Program-made: the position numbers and the translations under genes
The notes under the pieces: model-generated
Told to the model about the DNA's origin: nothing
Databases searched by the model: none
What the model saw: the letters and a program-made list of their open reading frames with translations, nothing else
NCBI RefSeq assembly: GCF_006345805.1
Contig: NC_042997.1
Span: 53,816,001 to 53,880,000 of the forward strand
DNA: 64,000 nt
Source of the DNA: Octopus sinensis
Taxonomy: Eukaryota
Direction: 5' to 3'
Shown here: positions 12,418 to 24,896 of the stretch, piece after piece
How the letters are laid out: each line of letters begins with the position of its first letter
Position numbering within the stretch: the first letter of the stretch is position 1

Positions 12418-14380
12418 ATGGATGTGGTGGTGGTGGGGGTGGAGGTGGCGGTGGTGGCAGCTACATAAGATTTTTTTTGCATAGTTCTCTCCCGATCTCT
12501 TTCCTCCCTTCTCTCCCTTTTTCCCTATATTTTCTCTCTCTTTTTCTGTCATCACTTCATTTTCCCAACCACCTACCTTACCTTCATCTGTTCCTAACAC
12601 CACCTTACCTCCAAACTACCCCACCCTCTTTGACCACTACTCACTTATTCCATTTTTCATTCGTTTCTTTCCGCCTACAAATAACTTCCTTCACTTTCTC
12701 ATTATCATGCCTCTTATTTCTTCCTTTAGTGCTAAAGTACTCAAGTAAGTACTTCAGTACCTTTTGACAACCACCATTTTTCATCAAGCAAACTATTTAT
12801 TTATGATATTAGATGCTGCTTATTTTGAAGGTCATTGTAATAATAAAGATGATGACTTTATCAAGTTGGTAGTTTACAGTGCACATGAATTTGGAAATAG
12901 TTGTTATTAAAACAAGCCATCTACTCGCTAAACTTATGCTTTACTTAAATTACTCTTATGTAATTCGTCACTTCGTACTGATGATTCTTCTCTGTTCTGA
13001 TTGGCTGAAGGAGTAAAATGCGTAATCTTTTTAGTTGATAAGTGAGCGTTTATATCATTTCTCTGGGAAACTATTCATTTAACAACATCCTATAATCACT
13101 AATAACCTACAGATGCATTGTTTCTATTTTTCTGTCTCTTCTATAACGGATCCTGCTCTTCTGAACTAGCAAGCTGCCTACCACCTGGTTCTAACACATC
13201 CGTTTCTCTCTTCCTCTCGTCATTCTTTTAATAACACAATCAGAGGAGAAAGAAGAGCACCCTTCCTTGACCTTTTTCAAGCCTCTAAGACTGGTGGGAG
13301 GAAGTGATGCTCTGTCCAGAAACCTAGTTTGAATATTTCCAGCAGAGTGGACTTCGCTAAATGCACCCAAGGGTCAGGGCGACGGATTAATTCTGTTGCA
13401 TCTTATTTTCAGAGGCCACATCAAACATTTTTCTTGATACTTTCTCTTTTATACCACACTCTACTGGAACTTTCTTCCTGTTCATATTTTCTCTGCGGGC
13501 ACTAACTTGAACATCAACCGCTTGACCTGCTATACATAACCACATAATTTCCTTTGAATGACACTGTACTACTTTCAGAATTAGGCAGGATGGTATTGAC
13601 TCTATCGTCTTTGATATTATGTCTGTTCGATCAGGTTTGACCTGAGTCTAAACGGCAACGACATCCACAATCACAACAGTCTGGAAACAAAAGTGAAAAT
13701 TTCTAGGCACAAAATCACATATATTTTCAAAAGAAGGAACTTTCGATTAAATCGACCGCAGTGATTAACTGGTACTTACTGCATCGATCTCTGCGAGGTT
13801 AGACGCTGAATATAAAGAGACGTGACAAAATATCTATTATTGGTATATTGGCATAAAACCATACATCTATAGGTGTGGGGCATATTTTATCAATACTACA
13901 GATTAAATAATTTGCTTAACTCCTATTTTAGTATTACAGAGAAAGTTAGTAAAATATGGATCACAAAAATGAAAGAAAAATTCTTGAGACGAGATTACAA
14001 AGCACTTAATAATATCATTAAATGTTTATATCACGTGCATGAAACATACATATAGTTAGTTATAAGAATATGAAGAATTCATTGACAGAGGAAATACGAT
14101 TAGCGAATATTCGTCCACTGTTGCTCAATTGTTCCTCGACGTTTCATGGTAGGGATGCGATGCAAATAAAATATCACTAGTACTACTCTTTAGTCGCAGT
14201 TTCCTTTTTTCCGGTATCCATCGCTCTTCAACAGTCTGTACATGAACACTGTCATCGTTTGAATTCACGGACTTGAATGAGAAATTTACAACTTAATGCA
14301 AACGATATGCATTACCTAATCCGATATATGAGACCAAAAGCTCACGAATGAAGCTTCTAGCAGAATCTTGTATATATATA

Positions 14381-14660
14381 TAATGGTGTCATTGAGATCC
14401 AAAGGTGTCAGGTAATGGTGAAGAAGTGCTATAGACAGACCATAGTTAAGTTCCAGGTTCGGTAATTTTGCGAATAAGGGGTTCAACGTTGGTTATTATG
14501 TCAGCGTGTGTATATAAGAATTTTTTGCGTTATGAGATAAAAAAAAACAAGGCTGTGTAGATATTAGAACATTTATAGATAGAAGGCCTTCTCTCTATAA
14601 ATGTTCTAATATCTACACAGCCTTGGTTTTTTATCTCATTATGCAAAAAATTCTTATATA
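14381..14660 (+). mobile_element. ~280-bp element with a terminal ~150-bp hairpin, family G, copy 1
   Basis: Near-perfect palindrome 14511-14660 centred on agaagg|ccttct; whole unit homologous to 59666-59925 on the opposite strand; (TA)n flanks. Confidence 0.8.
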
Positions 14661-15403
14661 TATATATATATATATACTTTATAGTTTATATATATACATA
14701 TATACTTTATAGTTTAGTATACTATATATTATGGTTGCATAACGAAATACGGTGTCCCTACAGGTCATCAAATATGTAACATATTCCTGAATTTCGATCC
14801 ACTTCAGTAAACACTCACTCTCTATCACTAATACTACTCTCCTCTAAGATATTTCCGTTGCTTATATTTCGGTTCATTAATTTCCTCTGTAAGAGAAATC
14901 CTGTATCACCCAGCCACCGAATTGCTCTTGATTATCTGTCAGGTTCTGACCGCATATCTCTGTTAGGAAATGGCGCATATCAGATATTGTATATTTAATT
15001 ATTTCCAATTTAAAGAAGATATCAGTCTGAAAATAATTTCGTATCTACATTTACAGAAGTTGAAAAAATGTGAAGATAGCTCCTTCAACCCAAGCTATCT
15101 TAAACTACTTCGTTTTTGCATCTAGTTTCCAAGATTCTTTATGTGAATTTGTGTGTTGAAACAAATTTTGTTGTATCTAGGGAGAATCATCGTTCAATCC
15201 CACTCTTATTATTAGTCAATTTGTTAAATATCCAGTTAACTAATCGATTGTTTGTTTAACTTGAACCAATTGACTAATAAGAAAGGAGTGGATTTGAACC
15301 AGTGCATGTATTATTAACATTGGGGTGATGATTCTCCCTAGACAAAACAAAATATCTTAAACAATGCAAATTCTTATTAAACCTATCCAAGATTTTTTTT
15401 TTT

Positions 15404-15635
15404 GTGGAAGCGCGTCGCTTAGTGGTTAGGGTGTCAGCATCATGATCATGAGATTTTAGTTTCGATTCCTGGACCGGGCGACGCGTTGTGTTCTTGAGCA
15501 AAACATTTCATTTCACGTTGCTCCAGTCCACTCAGCTGGTTGAAATGAGTAACGCTGCGATGACAAACTGCCATAGAAACCGGGAAACTGGGCCCATGAG
15601 CCTCGCTAGGCTATAAAAGGGCGCAATTTATTTAT
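15404..15635 (+). mobile_element. tRNA-derived SINE, family C variant
   Basis: gtggaagcgcgtcgcttagtggttaggg A-box, ttcgattcc B-box, gtgttcttgagcaaaacatttc body; short atccaag direct repeat on the flanks. Confidence 0.8.
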
Positions 15636-16251
15636 TTTCATCCAAGCTTTTATTAAGGAACGAATAGCCTTGTACACCATGAGTAGTTTTCCACTGCAAC
15701 TTCACTGTTTGTTATCAATTGTTCCAGCACACTTGATGTACTTGCCAAGGTTGGTGCAATGATCACGTGTGACCGTATTTGTTTGCATGTGTTGAACCCA
15801 GGTCACGAAGTATTCTGTTCTGCAGCAGTTGTCATTGGATTTACTACATCGCAGTGGCAAACTCAGCAGCAATATCTGTCGCACTTAATAAATGATTGTG
15901 AGGTAAAGTAAACATTGTTGCCTGCAGTCGTGGTATAGGATTCATAAGGTCTTCATGATAAAATACTCAAGTGTACAGTTTGTATGTGGTCTCGGTTTTC
16001 CAGTTTGATTATATTTTATTTGTTTATTTTATTTCTTTCGTAATTTACTCTCAATATTTTAGCAAGCCTCTGTTTTGTTTTTGTTTTTTTTTACTGTTAT
16101 TCCTTATTTTGTTTTATTCTTAAATTAATATAAGATTTACCTTCTAACTCAATATTATCCGACCTACTGCGTAGAGATTCGAGTATTATTTGAGAATATG
16201 CGCACGTGTGTGCGTGTGAATGTATGTATATATAGATATAGATAGCTATAC

Positions 16252-16345
<94 letters not shown>

Positions 16346-16515
16346 AATATTAGGGAATAAATCCAAATTTACAGGGAAAAAATCAGATTTAGGATTAAAT
16401 CGATTTTATAGTAAAATATTATAAAATATTATTCGAGACAAAACCACTATTTTGCAAAACAAACAAGGAAAGACTTAATCAATACATAAATTTTAATAAA
16501 TAGTCAAAAAAACCG

Positions 16516-16558
16516 CCACTACAATCGTTTCTTGTCTTGATCGACAATCTTCAGGTGG
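16516..16558 (-). ncRNA. Minimal type I hammerhead ribozyme (left arm of the palindrome)
   Basis: Exact reverse complement of the HHR at 16605-16647. Confidence 0.8.
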
Positions 16559-16604
16559 ACTTCCAATAATTCAGTGTCAAATTTGACACTGAATTATTGG
16601 AAGT

Positions 16605-16647
16605 CCACCTGAAGATTGTCGATCAAGACAAGAAACGATTGTAGTGG
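16605..16647 (+). ncRNA. Minimal type I hammerhead ribozyme (right arm of the palindrome)
   Basis: CCAC-CTGAAGA-TTGTC(GATCAA)GACAA-GAAAC-GATT-GTA-GTGG: stem I CCAC/GTGG; ACGATTGT is self-complementary with two G-U pairs; GUA triplet. Confidence 0.8.
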
Positions 16648-16780
16648 CGGTTTTTTTGACTATTTATTAAAATTTATGTATTGATTAAGTCTTTCCTTGT
16701 TTGTTTTGCAAAATAGTGGTTTTGTCTCGAATAATATTTTATATATATATATATATGCATACAAACATACATACATACGT

Positions 16781-16825
<45 letters not shown>

Positions 16826-16830
<5 letters not shown>

Positions 16831-17026
16831 TTTTTCCTTTTATTCTTTTACTTGTTTCAGTCATTTTGACTGTGGCCATGCTGGAGCATCGCCTTTAGTC
16901 GAGCAAGTCGACCCCAGGAATTATTCTTTGTAAGTCTAGTACTTATTCTATCGGTCTCTTTTGCCGAACCGCTAAGTTACAGGGACGTAAACACACAAGT
17001 ATCAGTTGTCAAGCGATGTTGGGACA
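16826..17026 (-). mobile_element. SINE family B, 3' part only
   Basis: Reverse complement of the family B tail (gctccagcatggccacagtcaaaatgactgaaacaagtaaaaga); abuts the truncated L1. Confidence 0.85.
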
Positions 17027-19720
17027 CCTCCTCGGCTGTGATTGGCCCTTCACAGCACTCAGCCTCTCGCGCCGAGAGACGCGGGCCGCTAGACAAGAAG
17101 TTCCAAAAGGCCTTATCATAATGCAGCGCCCCGCTCCTCCCAAACAACTCGGCAAAGTGCTTGTAAAACGTCTCACACATCTCGTCCCGTCCATCGACCG
17201 AACACTCATTGTCGTCAACGAGAGACCTAATTGTGTCATCATTTCCACGCTGGGTTTCTACCGTACGGGCCCATCGGATAACATTAATTCCCTCACGGCC
17301 CATTGCGAGCACTTTAGCCCGAACTCTGCACTCTTCATGTTTGGCTTTGAGATAACGGTCCAAGGCTGTGATCGCTGCCAAAATGTGTGATACAGAGCCC
17401 AATCTCAACGCCTCTTCTAGGTCCTTAACGAGTTGCCCTTCTATTCTGGCCTTATCTAGTCTTAGCTGATGGCTAAACCTAATAGACTAAATACGAATGG
17501 CTCTCTTGAGAGCGAACCACCATAGGTTATTAACCACAGCGCCAGTTAACGCCTTCTGTACTAATTCCTTAATCCGGCTACGGTATACCTCGCAAGTCAA
17601 AATAGACTTGTTCAGCTTCCAGTAGCCGGATTTTCTCTAAATTGTACTATGTCCAGTCTACACTTAACCATTCTATGGTCAGTGTAAGCCACTTGGACAA
17701 GCTGTGGACAGCTAAAACTAGCCTACCTTATATAAAAGCTCATGTTATTTAGAACAGTCGTTTATTTGGGTCAAGGATCCTTATTTATAACGCGTCAACG
17801 ATAACGTTATAGCCTCCAACACCACTAATGTCTTCGACGTCATGAGAAAGTTCTCTAGGCACCGATAACAATCAGTTTGAAACTCTCTACCACAAGGTGC
17901 ATAGATCCTGATCAACCCGAAGGCCTTACTGTTGTATGTCACATCAAGGACGACCAGCCCACCTTCTGGGTCTACATAGACTGTACTTGTCTGCAGAGCC
18001 AAGCCTTTTCGGACCACTACTACTTCATCCCCTCGACCTCCCGTCTGGCTAGGAGACGTGATTTTCTCATAGCCATTCAGGAGGGGCGAGAGAGTTTGTA
18101 GACTGTCTAGCTTGGTCTCTGTAGCAACCATCACATGCATATCATGTGATCTGAGGTCGTCGAGGAAACAAGCTTGCTTCAACTTCGAGCTCAGACCACG
18201 CACATTCAAACACCCATGGTTATGTGTAGCCATTACTAAAAAAAAAACAAGTAAAAGAAGCAAGGGTTCTACATACCCTTAACTGATGATGTTGGGGCTG
18301 ACCTCACAACACGTGAGGCAGCCCCTTCCTTCTCCTCCTTCCTCAAATAACCTGGAAGGTCCAGGGTCTTCCTGATGGTCTTTGAATGCCTGTTCTTCAG
18401 TTGCCTGTATAGGGTTTCCCCTATCCAGGGACACCTTTTGCTCAAGTCCTTGTGCTGTGGAAACAGCTTGGTGGTGTGGTGATTCTTTACAATCTCCTCC
18501 ATATAGCTGTCTCTGGTATCATATTAAACCGGGATTTTCATTTCATTATCGTTTTCTCCTTCCTTTTTTTCCTTCTGGGACAGTGGGGCGTGGTCGTTTT
18601 TTATTTGTGGTGTGATGCTTTAATTTTCCTTTTCTTTTGTGGGGTATATGTTTGGGGAAGGTGCTAGTGTTCGTTTCCGAACCGCAGTAAACTCCCCCGC
18701 GACCACCTCCATGGTGTCATCCAGGAAGTTACACATTCTGATGCCATTTTAGAGGGGGTGGGAGTTTTTGCCGTTGTAGGGACCGGTATGTGCATGGGTT
18801 GTGGTTTTTTAATATCGTGTTTAGGGGCGAGCACCACAGTTAAAGGAGTGGGAGTTTTTGTTACTGTAGGGGCTAATGGGTGTGCGAGTTTGGGTTTTTT
18901 TTTTGTAATTGAGGGACCCGTGTCTGTGCATCTTTTTTCTTCCATTGTTCACAGTCAACACGAATGTGGCCCTTTTTTCACATTCGTAACACGTGGACTT
19001 GTTGCTCTCTACTTGTATTTTGAGGACAATGTTCTCACTCAAGAGCATTCTGTCTGGAAGCATTTCGATATCTTCCTGAGCCCCCTGAATAATGGCAGAA
19101 ATGCTCTGTCCGAACTAATTTTGAGGGTCAGAGCGTGTGATCTGAAGGAAGTTCATTTTCTCCGTCCTGGTATTCAGCATTGCGGCCATCACCTCACTTG
19201 CATCAATTTCAGGTGGCATCTCTTTCACGTTTACACGAACAGTACGTCTTCCCATGTAGGTTGGCAGAAGCACCACTTCCTTCGTTTTCAGGGGGCTCAC
19301 TGAGTACTCTTGGGCCCTTTCTTCTGATTCAAATCTGGCCTCAATTGTGCCATACATTCGGCCCCTCGCTATATATTTTGCATCCTTCCATATTGGGGCC
19401 AAGCATTTTTCTATCTTGTTTTGTTCAAAATACCTAAACTTCTGCGTTTCTGAACAGTATATTTTAAAAACGACTGTCCGCTTTCTCAAATCTTCGACGT
19501 TAGAGGAGGGTGATATCTTTATTTCACCACCCTCCTCTTTCATTCTTCCAATTCAAACTGCTCCAGCCTTTGAAATGTCATCCTTGTTGTATGTGGCCGA
19601 ATATTAACCTGATGATAGAACACCTTTCGTCTTGAAACCAAAAGTGATCGTTTTTCTTCTAGCTCTGACTTCATCCACTCAAGCTGCTCGCAGTAGATTT
19701 CCCTTGTTTCGTTTGGATTG
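17027..19720 (-). mobile_element. L1/Tx1-type LINE, 5' half (ORF1 plus APE endonuclease and linker; RT absent), degenerate
   Basis: ORF1-like 19115-19543 plus a frameshifted zinc knuckle CYECEKKGHIRVDC near 18950-18995; APE domain GCLNVRGL..ETKL at 17781-18263; DHRMV and GYWKLNKS near 17600-17680; ALDRYL..RVRAK linker at 17027-17408. Confidence 0.85.
17722..17788 (+). mobile_element. 67-bp retro-like insertion with a (TATT)n tail inside the L1 endonuclease
   Basis: Matches the reverse complement of 20884-20950 with one mismatch; interrupts the APE reading frame. Confidence 0.7.
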
Positions 19721-19805
19721 GGTTTAAAAGTTCAAAGTGGACTAAACCTTTCATATCCCACCAAATAGATAACAACACTTAACGTGGGTGAAGACCTTTA
19801 GCCTT

Positions 19806-20502
19806 AGGTATTGGTGTTTCTCCTTTCCCTTCGGCTCTTGGCATTTTTATAGGGAATCCATTCCTCGTCACCAGTCACTATTAGGTCCGAAAATGGTTCA
19901 TTCGTGAGACGTGACAACAAAGAAGAGCGTACATTCATTCTCTGCATATGATTAGACTCGGAAAGTTTGTCAGGAACCTGTTGACCCAATTTGCTGACTC
20001 TTCCGATGGCATAGAGATGTCGATAAATAGTTGAATGACCAAATCCAAACTTCTCTGCTAGTTCAACTGTTACGATGGGATTTTGCCCCACCAGGGTTTG
20101 CAGGTCGTCCTCGTCGAGCTCTAGAGATCTTCCAGGACGAGGCTTGTCTTCTAGGCTGTAGTTTCCGGCTTGGAATTTCTGGAACCACCGTTGACACCAG
20201 CTTACGCTTATTGTCCAATCCCCATATACTGCATTAATATTTCTCGCACCTTCCGCTGCGTGTTGCCTTTATTGAACTCATAAAGCAAAGTACGCCAAAT
20301 ATGCTCCTTTGTCACTTGCATTATAGCTTTGAAAAAGTAGCTTTTAAAATCGAACTGCACACTTCAAAACATGCACTAAGAATAAGGACACGTTAAAATT
20401 ACTACCTGTTTTTATAGCAAGTTGATGCAAGAAGTTTATCCTGTCCTCCTCCGATTTTTAGTTCATGCAAGTGAAAAAACCGCATTAGTTATGGGTTGAC
20501 TA
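19806..20502 (-). mobile_element. mariner transposon, 5' half (TIR plus transposase N-terminal part)
   Basis: TIR-like gtcaacccataactaatgcggttttttc at ~20473-20500; ORF 19804-20091 has QVPDKL (WVPHEL-like) and LIVTGDEEW (first catalytic D motif). Confidence 0.88.
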
Positions 20503-20883
20503 TACCTATACCATATCATATCATATCATATCAACTATATGTACGATGGGTTTCCAACAACTTCCGTTTATGAAATTTCACTCACAAGGTATTGGTCAAT
20601 CCAAAAATAGAGTAGACACTACATGTGCAAAATGTCATACATTGTTATCAAAGCCTAAACTTCATAACTACATGACTATTCTTAACAAATTGAGAAAGAA
20701 AAGCAGAACCGAATCATCTAGTAAAACCATTTGCAATAATTGCTCCGCCCTGAGTTACAGATACTGCTTTGTCACTCTCATCCTAATAAATGCAATGGAC
20801 CAATGATTAGCTCTTTGGAAACTTGTAAAATAACGAGACTATTATTAATCAAAAGTAATATGAAATAAATAAATAATAAATAA

Positions 20884-20950
20884 ATAAATAAGGATCCTTG
20901 ACCCAAATAAACGACTGTTCTAAATAACATGAGCTTTTATATAACGTAGG
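20884..20950 (-). mobile_element. Second copy of the 67-bp (TATT)n-tailed element
   Basis: (AAAT)n followed by aggatccttgacccaaataaacgactgttctaaataacatgagcttttatataacgtagg. Confidence 0.7.
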
Positions 20951-21719
20951 AAGGCAAACATAGTAATCAAGAAATTAAATGAATTCTATTTGTAACAGTA
21001 GAAAATCAGTAGTATCAACTCTAAGAACAATTGTCTAACAATTGTAATCAACATCGCTGGACAATACTATTTATAGCGCTCGCGTAATAAATATGTACGT
21101 TAATACTTTCTATTTTCTGTGTCAGCAAGTTTAAAGGAACCAAATATTGTCTCAAATTGTTGCCGTTATGTCATTTAGTTCAAAAAGTAATTCCAAGTTC
21201 AGCATCACAACTCTTTACCACATGGTAATTACGAATCTCACTTTCATTCTCCTCCTCTTTCATTCTTCGTCCTTCATTTTCTTTCCATTTTTTTTTTCTT
21301 CTATACACTAATTCCACTTCCCCGTTTTTAGTGTGTGTAGGTGCGAGTGTCTTACGATGTTGTTATAAAAATATCATTTAATTCAATATTAAAAATGCTG
21401 ATTTGGTAAAATTAACTTACTCGGAAATAAGTCAAGGGTGCGCCATCAAGCAATAGCTGTTTGAATTAAACCTACATGTCCCAAAAATAAGCGGAAGAGA
21501 TTGTGGTAATTTTCTCGCTCTGTTTAAGTTTCTTGAGATTTCTCACAAACAACTGTCTATCTTCAATAACCTATGGCCTAATTAACCTGAATTTTTCTCC
21601 CTTTCTTTTTCTCTCTCACTCTTTCTTTCTTTCTCTCAACACACACACACGCTCACGTGTATGTGTGTATATGTATATATACACGCACACAAAAATACGC
21701 AAATACACATATACATGCT

Positions 21720-21900
21720 ATACATACATACATACATACATAAATACATACGTACATGCATACATACATACATACATACATACATACATACATGCATACA
21801 TACATACATACATGCATACATACATACATACATGCATACATACATGCATACATACATACATACATACATACATACATACATACATACATACATACATACA
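21720..21900. repeat. (TACA)n tetranucleotide microsatellite
   Basis: ~180 bp of cata/taca units with tgca variants; similar tracts at 22452-22597, 42950-43095 and 56040-56150. Confidence 0.95.
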
Positions 21901-22079
21901 TGGTGGCTTCCCTCTCGTTATCGAGTATGGCCATTGCACGAAGCTTAATCAATGTTGTTATCGTGCAATGCCTGTGCAAGAAGATTTTTTTAAAGTGAGG
22001 AAAGGCTGTGCACTGAGTCATTCCCACTCACTAAGCAACAGCAGCCATAATCCAAAAAGAAGAACAAGTCAACATCATC

Positions 22080-22447
22080 GGTAACCACTGAGCCGCAGGT
22101 TTTATGTCGGAGTTATCCCAGTTATCTGAGTTACCTTCTCCTAGAAGGATGCCCTAACAAAGGCTAGGAGTCCTTCACTCCCAATGGTTTAACCACGCGA
22201 TCGGGTATTCAGTCCGATTATTTCTATGTCCCCGCGCATGATACATCCTTAAGACATTTATTGGATGGCCGTTGACTCTCAAGAGTTCCTCCGCTCTTTG
22301 ACGGGTTTTGTTTTTCATCCCGCAGGGTGTCCAATAAACACCCTCCTCACCAAGCAAGCTTGGTGGGGTTGCCGGTTTAGTCGCCGACGACCCGACCATG
22401 CAACAGGTTGTACTGGGTTACATGTTACCAGTAGCACTCGAAAGTGT
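22080..22447 (-). mobile_element. Probable 5' UTR fragment of an RTE-clade LINE
   Basis: The minus strand contains gggcatccttctaggagaaggtaactc, resembling the RTE 5' UTR ctaggagaagg.aactc motif; GC-rich and structured; no ORF. Confidence 0.45.
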
Positions 22448-22631
22448 CATACATCATACATACATACATACATACATGCCTACATACATACATGTATGCA
22501 TGCATGCATGCATGCATGCATGCATACATACATACATACATACATACATACATACATACATACATACATACATACATACATACATACATACATACATGCC
22601 AGCACACAAACGCGTGTCAAATATCTATATA

Positions 22632-23431
22632 CGAGGTCTAATCAATAAGTATCCGGATTGTTGCCATAGTAATGAAGCTAAAGAATACAGCGTACAGCTG
22701 CTTGGCAAAGATTGACATTGAACTTTGCTGTGCATGCGCACTAAGTATTAACGTTCTAGCTCACTTCCGCTGTTTACAGCAGTGCTTGGAAAGAGGGTGT
22801 ATAGCATGTGACCGTCGCATTGATCATGGAAGTTGCAGAAAGGGCATGGAGAGGAGTGTATCAACCGCGCACAAGTGTATGAGTGGTTCAGACGTTTCAA
22901 AAATGGCCAAAAAATGTCGATAGTGACGAACGTTCTGGGAGACCCGCAACCAGCAGAACTGAGAAAAACATCGCAGGTATGCGTACAGCTGTGAGGGGAA
23001 ATCGTTGAATCACCATCTGTGAGTTATCAGAGGATGTGTAGATTAGTTACGGATGCGTGTCAACCAAGTCTGTGTCAAAAACTGCTTTCAGCTGACCAAA
23101 ATGACACTCGGGTTTCAGTTGCACAAGATCTCCTTCATTGTGTGGAGAACGATGAAAACTTTTTGAAAACTTTGCATAGGCCTCTGAGCAGGTATCGCCA
23201 AGCTTTTGGCAAAATTTGATGCAGATTCTCTGCTCAGCTTTCTTTGTCATGGTCAACGCTACACATGTTCTTTCCAAGTACTGCTATAAACAGCGGGAGT
23301 GAGGTAGAACGTTAAAACTTAGTACGCATGCGCAGCAGAGTTCAAGATCAATCTGTGCCCAGCGCCTTTACGCTGCGTGCTTTAGCTTCGTTACTATGAC
23401 AACAGTCCGGATGCTTATTGATCGGGCTATG
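22632..23431. mobile_element. mariner derivative built from two inward-facing 5' ends
   Basis: TA-flanked; ~170-200-bp inverted repeats; left part encodes VYEWFRRFKNG..DERSGRP, right part (minus strand) encodes MTKKAEQRICIKFCQKLG. Confidence 0.85.
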
Positions 23432-23532
23432 TATGTTAATGCTCCCTAAGCACCAATATATCACTGTTCATCGATAGAAACGACTTTTTCCTGTGTCTGT
23501 ATATTCATATTAATGTGAATGTACACTCACAC

Positions 23533-23585
<53 letters not shown>

Positions 23586-24439
23586 TATATATATAGCAGC
23601 AGTAACAACTACAGTAGCACCAGCAACGTGTCCGGCAGTAGCAGCAGCAGTAACAACTACAGTAGCACCAGCAACGTGTCCGGCAGTAGCAGCAGTAACG
23701 GCAGTGATCGCGGCAACAACAGCAGCACCAACAAGGTAAGGACGAGTATACATAAATATGTTGGAGCAACGGAGGGCCCCTTTAAGCTGTGACTAAATAA
23801 ACACAAGTCTTCTTTTAGGATTTCATAGAGGTACAACTACATATGGCGTTTAAAAGGAGAGGAAACGCCTAAGCCATGTCTCAACTGGAGCAGACAATAC
23901 AAACTTTGGCCGGGAGGTCAAAGATTTTAAAAAATCACTCTAATCGACGGCCTTCTTAAATTCTAAATGTAAGGTGTTCAGTCGGTGCTCTCATGAAAGA
24001 AAATTAGTGTTGAAGTCACTGAACTTCCCTGTTTACTGACTAGTGAAAGGAAATCGGAGATAAACTGATCCCTTCCGGATACAACTGGAATCGTTTTATG
24101 AAAGATAACTCCGTCTCGCCCAAAAGGGATTTTCACTTCGATTAGTAAAAAGGCCACGTGCATCCGGCCAACAGGTTTGCTAAGTCACCTATATTGCTAA
24201 AAGCACTAATAGACATGAAGCCAACTTTCTGACCGGCCATAACAAACAACTAAATATAATGTTACTTCTCCAAGAGTGTACTTTTTTCGGAATTATGAAC
24301 AACTGACCTATTGTGTGTGTGCGTACATATATATATAGAGAGAGAGAGGAAGAGAGAGGAAGAGTAAGAGAGAGAGAGAGAGGGGAGTAAGAGAGAGAAG
24401 GGAGACAGACAGACAGATTTCTCAAGGTTATTTTTATCG

Positions 24440-24890
24440 TTTTTATAATTATTATTATTAAAGCTGTTGAATTTCCTATATCTATTCCCCAAATTTTTTT
24501 TTTAATTCCTAACCAATGGTTTGCATTGTTTATTACCAATTGGTATAGAACATTTCCCGAGACTTTCCATACTCGGTTCAAGTGGTAGTCCAGCCAATTT
24601 ATTCTTAATTGGGTATGTATGAGATTTTACTATTAAACCCACTTCAATGGTGCAAACTGATCAAAATTATCCTCCTTCGTCGATAGTTTAGAAATTTCAA
24701 TCGAAATAGCAGTAACAATTTTATCGATAATTTTATCGATAATAGATTTCGATAAGGATTTATTCGGCTTACACAATGGGTATTATAGTCCCGTATCCAG
24801 ATTTAAAGTAACATCCAGAAATCTCACAACACTAGAATAAATTTTTTCTACATTTTTGAATATATACGAAAATAAAATTAAGCCTGTTAG
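24440..24890 (-). pseudogene. Penelope-like RT thumb-region fragment
   Basis: VVRFLDVTLNLDTGL*YPLCKPN..KSIIDKI / AISIEISKLSTKEDNFDQFAP resembles PLE FLDVTLNL..G.Y.P..KPN..SNHP..II..I...IS.LSS....F...AP. Confidence 0.65.
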
Positions 24891-24896
24891 AATGGC

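Larger units (their letters stand above)
16420..16743. repeat. Perfect spacerless 324-bp palindrome (two 162-bp arms), PLE-terminus-like
   Basis: Centre tcagtgtcaaa|tttgacactga at 16581/16582; no mismatch found by eye out to 16420/16743; (TA)n nearby on both sides. Confidence 0.92.

Noticed and set aside
12978-13024. Hammerhead-like CTGATGA-TTCTTC...GAAGGA-GTAAAATGCGTA
   Set aside because: GAAAC is absent and stem I does not pair; at best a very decayed relic.
19609-19647. CTGATGA...GAAAC pair in the L1 5' region
   Set aside because: Stem II is only 3 bp, the triplet is GUG (not NUH), stem I does not pair, and it is antisense to the LINE; likely chance.
22372-22447. HDV-like ribozyme at the putative RTE 5' end (contains GGG-TCG..CGA-CTAA)
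   Set aside because: I could not build consistent P1/P3/L3 helices; simple hairpins explain the sequence better.
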